Below, piece by piece: positions 49,954 to 62,879 of a DNA stretch of 64,000 bases; position 1 is the first letter of the stretch, and every line of letters begins with the position of its first letter. The notes beneath the pieces are model-generated. The model saw only the letters and a program-made list of their open reading frames with translations. It did not search any database and was not told the DNA's origin. Source of the DNA: Leptogorgia sarmentosa (lineage: Eukaryota). A program made the translations under genes and the position numbers. The stretch lies in contig OZ210885.1 of assembly GCA_964658305.1 (NCBI GenBank), positions 10,292,001 through 10,356,000 of the forward strand. Reading direction: 5' to 3'.

Positions 49954-52900
49954 GTAATGATTTAAGTTTCTTATACTTTATCGTATCGTTCGAAGGTGTG
50001 ATGCTGCAGCTTCCAGCGTGGGAATGTCACCATTTATTGTGTTTCTGATTGATAAGTTGTGATTGTGTTCACAACACAGCAGTGTTGGCAGGCAATGTAA
50101 CTCTTTCTTTAGCGTTTACTGTTATGTTTTGCTGAAGTTTAATGACTGTATGCTAATTGTTACGAATACACGAGAAAATGCTTCATTTGCTTTTGAAGTC
50201 AAAAACTGAAATTCGAAGATTGTAAACCAATGCACAATGATAATAAGAATAATTGTATGGAATAAATGAAAGAATGAAAAAATCATTAAATTTCGTAACA
50301 CGCCCTCTTCAGGCGCCAACATTTCAAAGATAAGAAATACATGATGAAGTATTTATTGACCCCCCCCCCCCCCCGTACAGTAATACTGAGCAATACACAA
50401 AAGAACCAACTACTGATAATAGTATTTTGTGCTGTTGGTCGTTAACAAAAATATAAAAGTCAGTTCATGGCATTTAAAAACAAAACAAAATCGGTACTTG
50501 AAGATCTTAGTTACTTCATTCCCCAGCATGATTTTTAAGACATTTTAATCTTCGGAATTTATAAGGTTCAAAATATTGCTATTAGATTTGTTCTCAATTT
50601 ATATATTTATAAGCTCTGGCTAACTTTGCTTCTTAAAATCGCAGTGCAAGTGTTTTAATAAGACACTTGTAAATAAAAGATTAAAATTGTATAAACTTGA
50701 CACATCAAATTTTCAGTTATTTACTTTTGAAACATTTGGTATGATCCATCATTTTCCTTCAGTCATTATAGCCACGGATTTTTCTTGTTCGAATTCTTGG
50801 TCTTTATCGGTCGTGGGTGCAAAAACGTGTCTTCGGACGGAAACATTTTGGACTATGACTGACAAACCTGTGTCACAAACTTTTGTTTACGTTTTGTTAA
50901 CGTTTTCAATTAGTTGAACAATCCAAAAAGTTTTAAAGTATAAAATCAATTCATATGCATTATGTATATTACCGACGGCACCATGACACATGAAGTATTT
51001 CCTGATATACATTTTACGAGGTTAAAACAATATGCGCAGAAAACATGCGGAGACCGTGACACAGCTGCTTTAATTGCTGACGTATAATACATATCTCGAC
51101 CAATCTAATCTCTATTTGTTTCATTAGCTGACATTCATTCTTTATTGCTAGTTTCAAACGTTTTTGTTGATGGACGATACTCAAAATTAATTAAAGAAAG
51201 CTTGTCAGAACTTCGCAGATGTATTGAAAATTGGCATCTTGAAACAGACACGAAGGTTTGATGAATTTCTATTTTTGTTTTTACAAGCTGAGCATATCTC
51301 ACTTTACCGCGCGGTATGTCTCGCGTCGTCTATAATTGCTTACTAGCTGACCTTTCGATCATGGCGCAGGATATTTGTGCTATTATGCTATTCGTTTCAG
51401 AGCGTAACTGTAGGAATCTTATATCTCTGCAGATGACCGGAGTGACAACAAAGCTTGATAATATAGAGTCGAACATTGGTCTAGAGTTACGTGAACTACG
51501 CTGCAATGTTGAAGAGAAACTTGGTGCTCTTGAGGAAAAAATCAGGACGATGTGTCATAGTGAACAAAAACATGAATATTTAGAGATTGCCGAAAATAAA
51601 GGTATTATAATTAGCCATTTCCGATTCGAGCAGAGGACTGGGTCTATTCGCCTGTTTTGGATGGACAAAAATAAACAAAATGCCAAAAATGACAGCTAGG
51701 AAGTTTTCCTGAAGCCTTCTAACTCCATAAAGTTCTTCGTGCAGCCTCGTGAATTGCACAAAATGGAATGAAGGGCTCGCATTAGTAATCACTGTAAACT
51801 TTGGCAAGAAATTTTAATGCCTGACCGACTAAAATTTTATAGAATCGTTCAATTTCAGAGTTATAAAAACGTGTCGATTTCTGTTATACACAATCATTCG
51901 ATGCGCGCAGCATAGTGATTTAACATTAACAATATACATTAAAGTATTACTCGACTGTGATTGGTTCATTTCAGTGCAGTTAATCCCAAATCACACTGTA
52001 ATTTTCTGTAATCACAGTGCAATTTTCTGTTATCATTTTTGACCAATAAAATTTGAGCTCAAGCTACAGACTGCTTCTAAACAAAGTAAAAATTGTCTTC
52101 GGGTCGAAAGTATAGTTTTTATCTTTTTCTTAATTATGAAAAAATCTTTTGAAATCGTTAGCGCTGTAAGATGTGAAATAAACTAAGCAACAAAACTCTG
52201 TCGGTGAAAATTCGCTTTGAGACGTAAGTTAAGAGTACAATTGTCTCGAATGCTTTTATGCAAACTATTAACAAGTAATAGTATGGTTTCTCGTGCAATT
52301 TGGATAACATAAACATGTGAGGTCTTTGGAAAACTCATTCGCGCATGTCAACTCTAAATTGCACTCGAAACCGTGGTATTATACCTATACTTATCATCGA
52401 AATCTTTTGTATTTGTATCTTAGTTCCGTATGGATTACGCAATCTACCTGCTCACATGGTAGAACGGCCATCAGAAGTAACGGAGTTATTGGAGTTACTC
52501 AAGCAGGGGAATAAAGTGGGTGTTGTTGGACGTCATGGTGGCGACGTTGGTATCCGTGGAATGGGAGGCCTCGGTAAGACGGTGTTAGCCCAAGCTGTTG
52601 CCTGGGAAGTCTCAAAATCTCGTCAAGTTGTCTGGCTTGACATTGGTCAAACACCTGATCGCTTGAAACTGATTAACACCCTCGTCAGAGTCCTTGGTGG
52701 AGATGTGTCGTTCAGTGATATTGTTGCAGCGCAATCTTGGTTAAGAAAATACACGGTATGTATGCTGTGCTGTATTTGATGTTTGTGAGAAAATGTGATA
52801 GGGCTATTTTCAAGGTAGGGACGATTTTTAATGGGATGTAGCTCGATTTGAGGCGTCCCCAACTCGATAAGTGAGGTGGACATTTTCATATATTCGTGTT

Positions 52901-55900
52901 TTGCACAATTAATTTCTTTTGAAATCGATTGTTTTTATGGTCTGCGAACACGAATTTATGAATATGTCCACCCCACTTATCGGCTCTGGGGACGCCACTG
53001 AGCTCGAATAGCCAACTTGCACGAATACAGAAAAATATATCCGGTACAGCGTTGGTAAACGTAAATTAAAGCGACGTTAAATATAGATGTCTGATGTTAG
53101 ATGGACGTTAAAGCTAGAATAGTTGCAATTCTCCCAAGTCTTTTCTTTCACACGACCACATGCACAGGGCGGTAGGCTTTATTACTTGTCTTTAATTTTT
53201 AAAACAAAGTTAGCATTTTAACCCGGCTTCGCCTGGTTCAGTATTGAAAATTTCTCGTGCGTTGTACAGCCAGCTCGTGTAAATATTTGTAAAAACAAAG
53301 TACAATTCTTAACTCGTACATCCTTGTGAAACGAAAACAATATATACTTGCATACTACTGATGTGGCTTGACTAATGGTCGAAATATTTGCTTCATATTG
53401 CCTCCGGGTCTATAAATGATAAATATTATCTCTACTTTCTCAGTTCTTTAAAAAACTTTATTCATATCATGCATTGGCAGTTGGGACTCTTTTACACTGC
53501 AATTTTTGCAGCTATTTCTAGTACAATTTTTATTATTTCCGCTTTGATTGAGGTGGAAGACTAAACCAGTTGCGGAAGTCAGAAATAATAAAATCAGAAC
53601 ATTCGTCATAAATCCACCTATGAACATGTGCCTCATATATCAGAAAGGCCAGAAAATGCCACTAAAAAAATGCAAGCGAGCCTTTGAAGTCCTTGGCCAG
53701 TAAGAGTTGTAAATTTTACCAACCTTTGAATGCAGTTAACAGGTACGGTTTCTGAGCTAGTTTTCAACTCATTTTTAGATTGATAAAGATTGTTTGGTTG
53801 TTGTTGATGATGTTTGGAAGGTGGACAACGCTGCTGTATTCAATTGCTTATCTGGCAAATGCCAATTATTAATAACAACTAGAGATGCTACTGTTCTCTG
53901 CGGCTCGGGAATTACCAAGTACGAACTTGTTATTATGCCACAAGATAAATCCCGAGGGCTCTTGTATCAGAGCGCTGGGATAAGTCCAGAAGAACAGTTA
54001 ACGCCAAACTTACGGCGAATTATTGCAGATCTGTTAGAACAGTGTCGAGGTTTACCCCTGGCTCTGTCACTGGTGGGTTCAAATTTAACAGACACTCGTG
54101 CGGAACAAGACTGGGAGGATGTTTTGGATGATCTTAAAAATGCTGACCTGGAGAGAATTCGTTCATTATTTCCCAAAGTCGATTATCCTTATGATAACCT
54201 CTTAGCAGTCATTGATGTGAGCTATGAGCGCCTGGACGAAAGTGTACGCGAGATGTTTCTTTATTTGGCTATATTTCCAGAGGATACAGATATACCGTCA
54301 GATGTACTCGAGCTGCTGTGGTGTTCGATACAGAACCAGAGTGGAAAAGCTTCGCGCAAACCTCAGAAACACAAAGATATACTTGCTGTGCTCGAGAGAA
54401 AGTCGCTGATCTTAAAAGGTACAGTTTTATCTTCTAACGGTTTTGATCTGCACATCCTCCGAAAAATTTTTATCTTTAGTGCCAAGTTCACTTTGCAGTA
54501 TTGTCATTAGTAACGAAAATTTACAACATTCAGTGAACCAGTAATACAGGTTGCAAAGTGGATCAAGTGGATTTTTTGATGTTTTGTAATAATAAGGCGA
54601 ATCATGTAAATTAAAAAATATTCTTTGCTTTATAGGAATTAGGAGTTTTACCAAGACTACCTTAAGTCTATGTGTCTTTTTGCAGATATTGCATTATTCT
54701 TGGCTCGCTATAGCCAATAATTATTCTTATTGTGACTAACCCATTTCGTATTTACGAAAACCTGATAGCACAACTTCTTCTATACTACTCAACGGCGATT
54801 TTGAGATTTCAAAAATTGTTCGCCTCTAGTACAAATCTCCTAACATTTCGATCAATTTCAGGGCCTGAACTCCACGGAAAGAAAAGCTATCGTGTCCATG
54901 ACTTGCTTTTGGATTTTGCCCAGACAAAACTTCAAGACATGGGTACACTAAATGATGTTCAGGATAAGTTCGTAAAGGCACTTCGTGGCCTGTGCGTGGA
55001 TGGTGACTGGAATGATAATTCAACTACCTGCCAAAAAGACTATTATTTCAAGTACCTACCCTATCACATTTATTCTTCGGGACGACATGGTGAACTACTC
55101 CAGTTGCTGTTTGATCTACACTGGCTCAAACAAAAAGCGAAACACGTCAGCGTATTCTCTGTAATATCAGATTTTCGTTTTGTGGACACAGAATCGGAGG
55201 AAATCCAACTTCTCAAATCCTCGTTAATGTTCTCTGCCGATGTCATCAACGAAAACCCAGATTCAATCTGTCCTCAACTCCTAGGTAATTCAAATAATGA
55301 ACTTTAATTTATCTCATTCTTCTATGATTTGTTTAAGTTGCCTCACTATTTAGTGCAAAGTTTCGAAGAAATTTTGCATTATTTTGATGAGTGGGGAAAA
55401 TTCACATCAGTCATTCATTCATAGTGTAAACACGGGAGGGGGGAGGGGGGGGGTGGTTCCCAATATCTTGCCATGTACAAACTCCATAATTGACTGATAT
55501 CCTTACAAATATTATGCAATTGCATGTAGTTATAAATCGTTGATCATCATGGTTTGCAGTTACTCTAATGAATAGAAAAGTAAGGTAACAATTGTGTCAA
55601 TTGTGTTAATCGGAACAGCAGTATATAAAAGCTATAAGGCTACTTGTTATGCAGTGTTTCATCTGTACTTCAACTATCAACTGTCAGCCACCAATGATCA
55701 GATAAGAGAACTATGGCACGATCGTAAATATGTATGTGATCTCAACTTCCCGAAAATCACTATATACAATGAAAATTTCCAAAATTTTTTGAAGACACGA
55801 CCAAAGAAGGATTATTCTTCCCAGAGCTGAAGTCGATATTTATGGACTTTATGCATAACCGCACATGTTGCATATCCTTCCCGTCGTAAAGAACATTGCT

Positions 55901-56326
55901 AACTCAATCAAGAACACATGCATACTGTACTCTGTTAATCGTTGGTTCTGATGTCAATAATTGTAACTAGCAACTAAGCATGACAACTGCTGGTAATATA
56001 GCAGAATTAACCCTTGTCAGTGTAACATATGCGGAAATAAATCATTTCATAAATACTCGTTCCGTTATCATAAAATAAATTACTTTTCTTTTTACTGTCA
56101 CAATATAAAACAGAATAAAACATCATTTCAACAATTGCAAAGCTTTCAAAAATGTTTTTTTCAGTGTCTCAGTTTCAAACTTTGGTATTACTTTATGTCC
56201 CCTTTATATGAAAGTCACTGAAGGGGAACGAACATTTTGTTAAAACAATCAAAAACTTCCTTTAGAAATTAGAAAAGAACTCATATGATGAATTTTGAGT
56301 ACCTATTATGTTAATAATCAAGAAAC

Positions 56327-56419
<93 letters not shown>

Positions 56420-59400
56420 TATATAGTATAATCAGATAGGGCCGTTAGTTGTTCTGTTTTAATTTTTTCCCGGTCAAAAATTGTCTCTATCATTAAATGC
56501 TATTTTAAATTTTTTGAATTTGTTACGTGCGCTAATACTGTTGTGTATTTTTGTCTTCCAGGCAGACTGCTATCTTATGAAGAGTTTCCGGGGATAAAGA
56601 CGCTATTAGAGCAACTCCGCGCAACATGCACGGAGACTTGTCGTCTTATACCGGAATTCTCATGTTTAGATCTTGGAGGCCCTGAGATCTTTCGAAAAAC
56701 GTTTGATTCAAGGGTATGGTCATTAGCGACGTCCAATATTTCATCCGCTACTCTTGTCATTTGTGGCTTAGATAATGGTTCAATCACAATCTTTGATCTT
56801 GACACAGGTAAATAACCGTGTGGTAACGTAGCTACTATGGAAAGAACTAATGGCAAGGTTTGGGGTTTTCAATAGTTTTTTTTTCTTTTGTCCGATCGTC
56901 TGTCCGGAAAAGGGATAAAACACAGATTCAATGCCGCCTCTGCTTGTAATTGTAATTATATGTACAACCATATCCTCACTCACATTTGTAAGAATCATCA
57001 GTTGTGAATAATGCAAGTTGAGCGGCTGCGCGATATACGTGTGTTAAATACGTCTTATTTTGTACGAGGAGGGAATCGTTACACTTGGTCTTATAGTATT
57101 TCTACTGTTCGTTAAGATCTTCCGTCTTCTTCTTCTTGGCGTTGTTTGGTCGGTTTCTCGTTGAGTTTGTCTGTTTGAGTTTCGGTAGCCTTTTCATTTG
57201 CTACGCTTTTACTTCGGTCTACGTCCACTGACTCAAGTTGGGATGGGGAGTTCCTTTTATACTGTCGGTCGAGGGGATCTTTGGACACGTGAACAGCGAG
57301 GTGGCACGATACTGAATCCACCAATCAGCGTTCATGTGCTGTACTATGAACCCTCGTTCCAGCTCTCCAATTCTGTTTGTTTAGGGTGTTGTCGCACTTC
57401 TCAAGTCAGTTTTACGCTCACTCTACCGATACTTCGACAGGTTAAGACTAACCTACTTTATTACTTACTAATAGCAAAATAGTCGAGGTGCAACATCTTG
57501 GCTTAGCTTTATAAGTTAACTTAATTTAGAAGAGAATTTAACTGACATTTTGATGACGTATTATTATAATTACTCAACCGCGCGAATTATCTGAGGCGTG
57601 ATTGATGGCAAAACCCAAAGCATACGCACGCGTAAGTACAAAGTTTCTCTTTACACAATGTACACGGCCTGTTTAAACACATCTGGCTTTTTCCCTCACA
57701 TTTCGATCAAACTTTGACAGTATCCAAGATTATTTATCTTCTCTATCCGCCTAATTGGAACCGTGATTGACACTCTGCGTAGGTTCGAAAATTTATTATT
57801 TACTTTATCTGGATTTTGAAGCAAGAATGTCACTTATCAGCTCCTCTACGTGCGTAATGTTTAGTTTACCTGCGGGACTTATCTTTAATGTTTACACAAT
57901 ATTATGCACCTAGGTAACACGTGAATAAAAAACTGAGAAAATTCGAAATCGCTCTCAATTTCGCAAAGCCACTCGGGTGACGTTGTTAATTAACAAAACT
58001 TTGCAGTGCAAAATCACCCCTTGTCAAGAAACGTTGTACTAGCCTTCAGCTTCAATTCTTTTTGTTAGTGCTGATAATGAACTAAATGGAACTACATTAA
58101 TAATGTACAATTTTACCGTACCTGCTGTCAAATGTAAAGCAGTTGATTACATCTGAAATTTACGGCGCTATAATCTCATGGAGCTCACTGGCCACTGGCC
58201 TCAGGGCTCGTCCCATTATGCTTCGCATCACTCTAGGTAATGTGGCTATGCTTTGCTTCAGGTATATATCCGTTGTTCTCAGATTACTTACCTGCTTCTC
58301 TTTGCGGAATCGGCAAATAATTGATCCGCTCGCCAACGATAACTCGCGGTATTTCGTGCGGCGTCTCCAATAATTGATAGTAGGGACCTTAAGATGTAAA
58401 ACGCCACAAACTCGAGAACGGGGTCTAAATTTCAGCTTGAAAATGAGTGCTGACCTTTTTATGCTTTAAAAAGATGTTGGATTTTTTTCAAGAAACAGCT
58501 ACACAGGTTCAGCTAAAGCAATGCGATCGTTGCTGTGTAGTCAACTTGAAGTTACGGCTCTCATGTTGTAATCAGCCTTCACGTTGCTTTGAAGACGTTA
58601 TAATGCTTGGCTTAATGTTGCGTTGATAACAACAAAGCCGTTGATACCACAATTTATGCTTGGTTTTTGTTCAGCATAAAAATTTGTTTGTTCGGAAAGC
58701 TCGTCGTCGAGTTGGTCACGTTGTAGATCTTAAAGTCCCTAATCCTCTGCTACAAAATTGCTATGAAACAATTTTTGAACTTATCAACAATGCAGTTGTC
58801 TTTCTATTAGGAATGACAGAAATGTCTGGTGATAGTTACAGTTTGATAAAATAAAAATAAACCACTGTATACACGCGTCATATTTCGCGCAAATAAGTAA
58901 GTATTAATAATATTACGCCATCCAAATCTCATTTCGCTCCACGGATAATTATCCAATTTTTTTAGACCTGCAGCCCACTGCCCCGCTTTTTGAGAAAAGT
59001 TTCAGTTTTGGAAGCAGACAAATTCAATTATATAGCGTATATATTATGATTATATTATAAACATATTCATACATGCCTTTTTTGCTAAGCAAAAGCTTTG
59101 ATCTTGGTTATTCATTGAAATGAGAATATAGTCCTTCATCGCTCCGGTTATCGTTCTGAGAACAGCGTAACAACTACTATCTTTTAAATATTGTTGTATA
59201 AAAATTTAGGTACCCTGTTAATGGAGCAATGCGCTCTGTAGGGATCACCGGTCAGGTTTGACGAAGCTTGTAAATAAATAAAATAAATAGATATGGGTGA
59301 GGGAACAAAGGTTTACACTCAAAGTAATTGATAATTCATTAGAAAATTAGCCAATCATGTGCGGTAGTCGTCGTCATATGATGATGTTTGAAATTTGGAT

Positions 59401-60525
59401 TAGATACTTGAAGAGACATGTTCATCCATATAGTAAAATATTCAGTCATTTCTTGAACGGGATCAATGTATACTGGGTAAAAATAAAAAAATCTCACAAA
59501 TGGCTGGAGGGAATGCTTGTGTCTGCAACATATTAATCAAAGTATAAAAATCAATTCGGACAGAGTGACATATTATTTCTTCTAAACAATAAAACATACA
59601 ATTATTAAGAAATCGTGTGCATAAATGATATCTGCCAATTTTAAAATGTGAAAGTTCAGTAATTACAAATACAAGTAGGACAACATTCCTGTGCAATCAT
59701 TGGTATTCGCTGTATAGAATATTTCCTGTTTATAGCTTCATGCATGCTTTCCAATTATCTACTTTCTCTTCTACCACCAACATCAGCCACTAAATTTTAA
59801 ACACTAGTAAATATACTATAAGTTTCAGTAAACTGTTCGGCATTGACCGTTACTCTACCACTTTAGTTATCGAGGCAACAGGGACCGGTAGCGAGTCTTA
59901 CCCAAGCGTTCAAGTTGGCTCGATATATATCTATTGACTTGCACAACGAAGATGAGGGCATACTTTTATGAAATCCCAAGAAGTAACGAATGAAAACACA
60001 CGCCTGTAAAACACGCTACAGTAAATTCCGCAAAATTACAGTTATTTTGTTTTTAGTATTGAAGATCGTTTCGGTGTTTGTCTATCGCTTACATTGCTGT
60101 TTAAGTTGCTATAGGGACGTAATAGTATAAATCGAAGTTAGCGGTGTAAACAGAGTGTAGCTGATGGGTTAGTTAATGTAGTTACTTGTCCCAATCATTT
60201 ATTTTATCGCCGCAATGTTTTGAAAAATACTCCCAATGTAGTAACGATGTGAGTGAAAATTACCTATTACACCTTTTATGTACGTGCTCTCTTATTTTAT
60301 AAACAGGTAGAGAAGTTCAACAACTACTGGGACATTCTGGCGGCGTTACCTGTTTGTCTGTGTCACAAAGTGGAACAATACTAGCGTCAGGGTCGTGGGA
60401 CGGAAGTGCAATCCTTTGGAGAATGGATAATTATGAACGGCTTTTTGTGTTCCAAGGGAAGAGTAGAGTTAATGCCCTGGATTTCAGTGCAGATGATCAG
60501 CGAGTGTTTATCGGAACACACCATG
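49356..60525 (+). CDS. Spliced gene (8 coding exons seen, 3' end not found): HEPN (CXorf38/DUF4559-like)-coiled coil-NB-ARC-WD40, APAF-1-like STAND protein, ~910 aa visible
   Basis: Exons 49356-49953, 51152-51255, 51433-51601, 52424-52755, 53779-54418, 54862-55284, 56562-56807 and 60307-60525 join in frame with AG/GT boundaries (phases 1,0,1,0,1,1,1,1). Motifs: RNEWAH, GMGGLGKT, LVVVDDVW, LITTRD, GLPLAL, VHDLL and GH...ASGSWD WD40. Confidence 0.88.
51152..51255 (+). CDS. Exon 2: helical linker (VSNVFVDGRYSKLIKESLSELRRCIENWHLETDTK)
   Basis: tag acceptor and AAG/GTTTG donor; phase 1 to 0 bridges exons 1 and 3 exactly. Confidence 0.7.
51433..51601 (+). CDS. Exon 3: coiled-coil linker
   Basis: cag/GTATTA boundaries; heptad pattern LDNIESNIGLELRELRCNVEEKLGALEEKI. 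Confidence 0.75.
52424..52755 (+). CDS. Exon 4: NB-ARC N-terminal part with Walker A
   Basis: GMGGLGKT at 52558-52581; VVWLDIGQ; tag/GTATG boundaries. Confidence 0.9.
52848..53000. mobile_element. Short hAT-like MITE in an intron
   Basis: Palindromic body (GGCGTCCCCA...TGGGGACGCC); imperfect 8-bp TSD AGCTCGA(T/A). Confidence 0.7.
53779..54418 (+). CDS. Exon 5: NB-ARC Walker B, sensor I, GLPL, start of winged helix
   Basis: CLVVVDDVW, LLITTRD, CRGLPLAL and LAIFPEDTDIP; tag/GTACAG boundaries. Confidence 0.92.
54862..55284 (+). CDS. Exon 6: MHD-like motif and APAF-1-like helical domain 2
   Basis: YRVHDLL, YYFKYLPYH and LLFDLHWLKQK; cag/GTAATT boundaries. Confidence 0.88.
56329..56417. repeat. 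(AT)n microsatellite, about 44 units
   Basis: Directly visible. Confidence 0.97.
56562..56807 (+). CDS. Exon 7: end of helical domain and first WD40 repeat
   Basis: QLLG-RL junction; VWSLA...VICGLDNGSITIFDL; cag/GTAAAT boundaries. Confidence 0.85.
58382..58740. mobile_element. Harbinger-like MITE in an intron
   Basis: TIR AGGGAC(C/T)TTAAGAT at both ends. Confidence 0.7.
60307..60525 (+). CDS. Exon 8: WD40 repeats
   Basis: LLGHSGGVTCLSVSQSGTILASGSWDGSAILW; cag/GTAAG boundaries. Confidence 0.88.
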
Positions 60526-61043
60526 GTAAGCATCTTAAACACAAATCAAACAAGGATATCAAAATGTTGTTCAGAATAGGTAAACGAAAATCTGCATAAA
60601 CGTTTTCTCGACTTCCGCTCTGCTTAAAAGTTAGTATTAAAATGCGCGAGTTTCGATAAGAAATAAGATTTTGCTGACGTCTATGGATTTAACGGTTCAG
60701 AAGGAACGCCAGCAACGATGCCATTGGAGAAAAAATTAAATCTTTTTCATATGTATTATGTTTGTCAAATAACTCCGCAAATGATCATACTTTCGGAAAT
60801 ATGTTACCCCGCCGGTACCAAATTCAATATTGGAATATCTTTCATTAAATTAAAATATTTTTTCTTCAAATAGAAATACTTGAAAGTACGATCACAAAAT
60901 GTTTGTTTTACGTTACAAATTCAGTGGCGTAAATCTTCAGTGTCGGCCCTCGGTTGAACTGTTGTGGTTGAACTGTTGTGAACTCTTTATTATACCTCTT
61001 AGCTTCACATTTTTACTATGAAATATTCTCTTGAATTCTGCAC

Positions 61044-62866
61044 AGGCGCGGATCTAGGATTTTTCGTACGTTGGTCAAAATTTAAAATATCCAAAGGGCG
61101 TGGTCCATGGGCGTTGTCAAGGGTTTTCTGGGGGCGTGGGCCCGGGCGTCCGGGGCGTGGCTAAAAAAATGTCCAACGATGTTCGTTTAAAGATTTTGTG
61201 CGCAGTATTTTGATAAATATAGCGTAGCTGTTTCGCTCCATATCAGAGCTCATCAGCATGCCTAGGAAACATCTGTTAATGACTTGATGCCATATATTAT
61301 TTTATCATAATATATATGATATCATATATTCAATGTTTCCGACATGGACAGCAATAGAGCAACTGCTTTTAAGGCGCCAGGACTCGCCCTCACACCTTTT
61401 CCATATGTGAAAAGGGTGACTATATGGGACATTTGATGGACATGAAAATGCTCAGTTTTCAGGTCAATCCCAGTCTGAAAATATTCTTAATTAAGTTATT
61501 AATCTGTCCTGTATTCATACCATTGACCTTCTCTCTGCAGCTACAGTAGGTGGAGGGTTTACAGTAGGTTTAGTTAGTACTAGCCTTAACTTAAGGGATG
61601 CAGCAGAGGGAAATGTTTCATTAGGGGCATTTTGTGCAATCAGGTGGGCTGGGAGTGCTTTAGAAACAGTAAAAAAATAATATGCAATGCTGGCACCAGG
61701 CACTTTTGAACTTCTAATCTTCTTGGACTGCACACTAGAAATAGGTAGTTTTCTTTTATGCTGGATAGTATAAAAAAGAAGAGAAATAAAATGGTTAGGA
61801 TGAATGGTGACCCCACTCCCCAGGTTTATATGACCATAATAGCAAAATAGTATGTGAAGATCATCATCAAAGCTTCTTTGGCAGGCAAAGAGGTTTTACA
61901 AACCTCTTCTCTGGTCTTACCAGAATCCAAACTCTCTCTTGAAACAGACTGAGGTAAAAGATTGTTAATATTTTTCAAATACTGACCATGTTCCCATGCG
62001 CAAAGGGTGGCGATAAAGTCAAATGATCCAAACTCTCTACAAACTATTATCACCTGCCTGTACCATTGATACAGAGCTATAGAAGCAATTACCAGAAGGT
62101 TCAGATCTAAGAAAGTAAAGGAATATCTAATTAAATTAATTTTAAAATACAAACAGCAACCACCCTTTTAAGTTTCAACTAAAAATCCTTTAGAAATACT
62201 GCACTAGTGTAGTGTTACTACTTAATAATACAATAATAGTAACAGACTAACAGTCTAACACGTGTATATACTGTATGTGGATTCGTGTAGTATTCCAGGA
62301 GTCCAGGTTTACATTTTTTAACACGATTATATTATCACAAAATTTTAGTGCAGTTGAAAAGTAAAACTTGCAAACAAACTAGTGATATGTCTAAAATCTA
62401 GATCGCTCAATTGACCTTGACCGATTCACTATACGCACAAATATGCAATTAATCCATTATTTATATTATATAAATTCGATGCAAACCCATCTTTAGCCGT
62501 GTTTATACAATTTAATTGTAAATAATTGAAGGTTTACCTTATAGCTGTGAAAAACTTCTCCAGCAGTCCCGTCCACGTGCATAACTGGGGATAAAATGTT
62601 CCACGGAGAAATTTCTGCTGAACGTAGACTACGACGGTTTATAGCAGACAGCAACTCTGCAATCGAGCACTTACGTGCCGCATGAATGCGATTTATAAGA
62701 TTTTGATAAATCTTTTACGCAAACATTCACGTCGCCACTAACATTTATTCAATGACCGGTGAATGGCCTCCAACTGTGAATCAGCCAAGTCGGTCAAAGA
62801 ATTGGGCCAATAAAATTGTAGGAATTATTTAAATGAACCAATCAGTGGCATCATATTAGAGCCCCT
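61044..62866 (-). mobile_element. Putative 1.8-kb inserted element carrying the hammerhead and degraded exon-like segments
   Basis: Flanked by GCAC direct repeats (61040-61043 and 62867-62870); imperfect ends AGGCGCGGATCTA / TAGAGCCCCT. Confidence 0.4.
61227..61352 (-). ncRNA. Type III hammerhead ribozyme
   Basis: Minus strand reads GCUGUC|CAUGUCGGAAACAU-(60 nt)-AUGUUUCC-UA-GGCAUG-CUGAUGA-GCUC-UGAUAUG-GAGC-GAAA-CAGC. All core nucleotides and three stems are present, with a GUC cleavage triplet. Confidence 0.8.
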
Positions 62867-62879
62867 GCACTGTTATTTT

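Noticed and set aside
50288..50320. Minus-strand CTGAAGA...CGAAA hammerhead-like motif
   Set aside because: Stem II does not pair and there is no cleavage-site strand
53357..53390. Hammerhead-like CTGATGT-GGCT...GGTC-GAAA
   Set aside because: Core A9 is substituted and no convincing stems I and III were found; probably a decayed Penelope-type motif
56311..56493. ORF with YIYIYI repeats
   Set aside because: Translation of the (AT)n microsatellite
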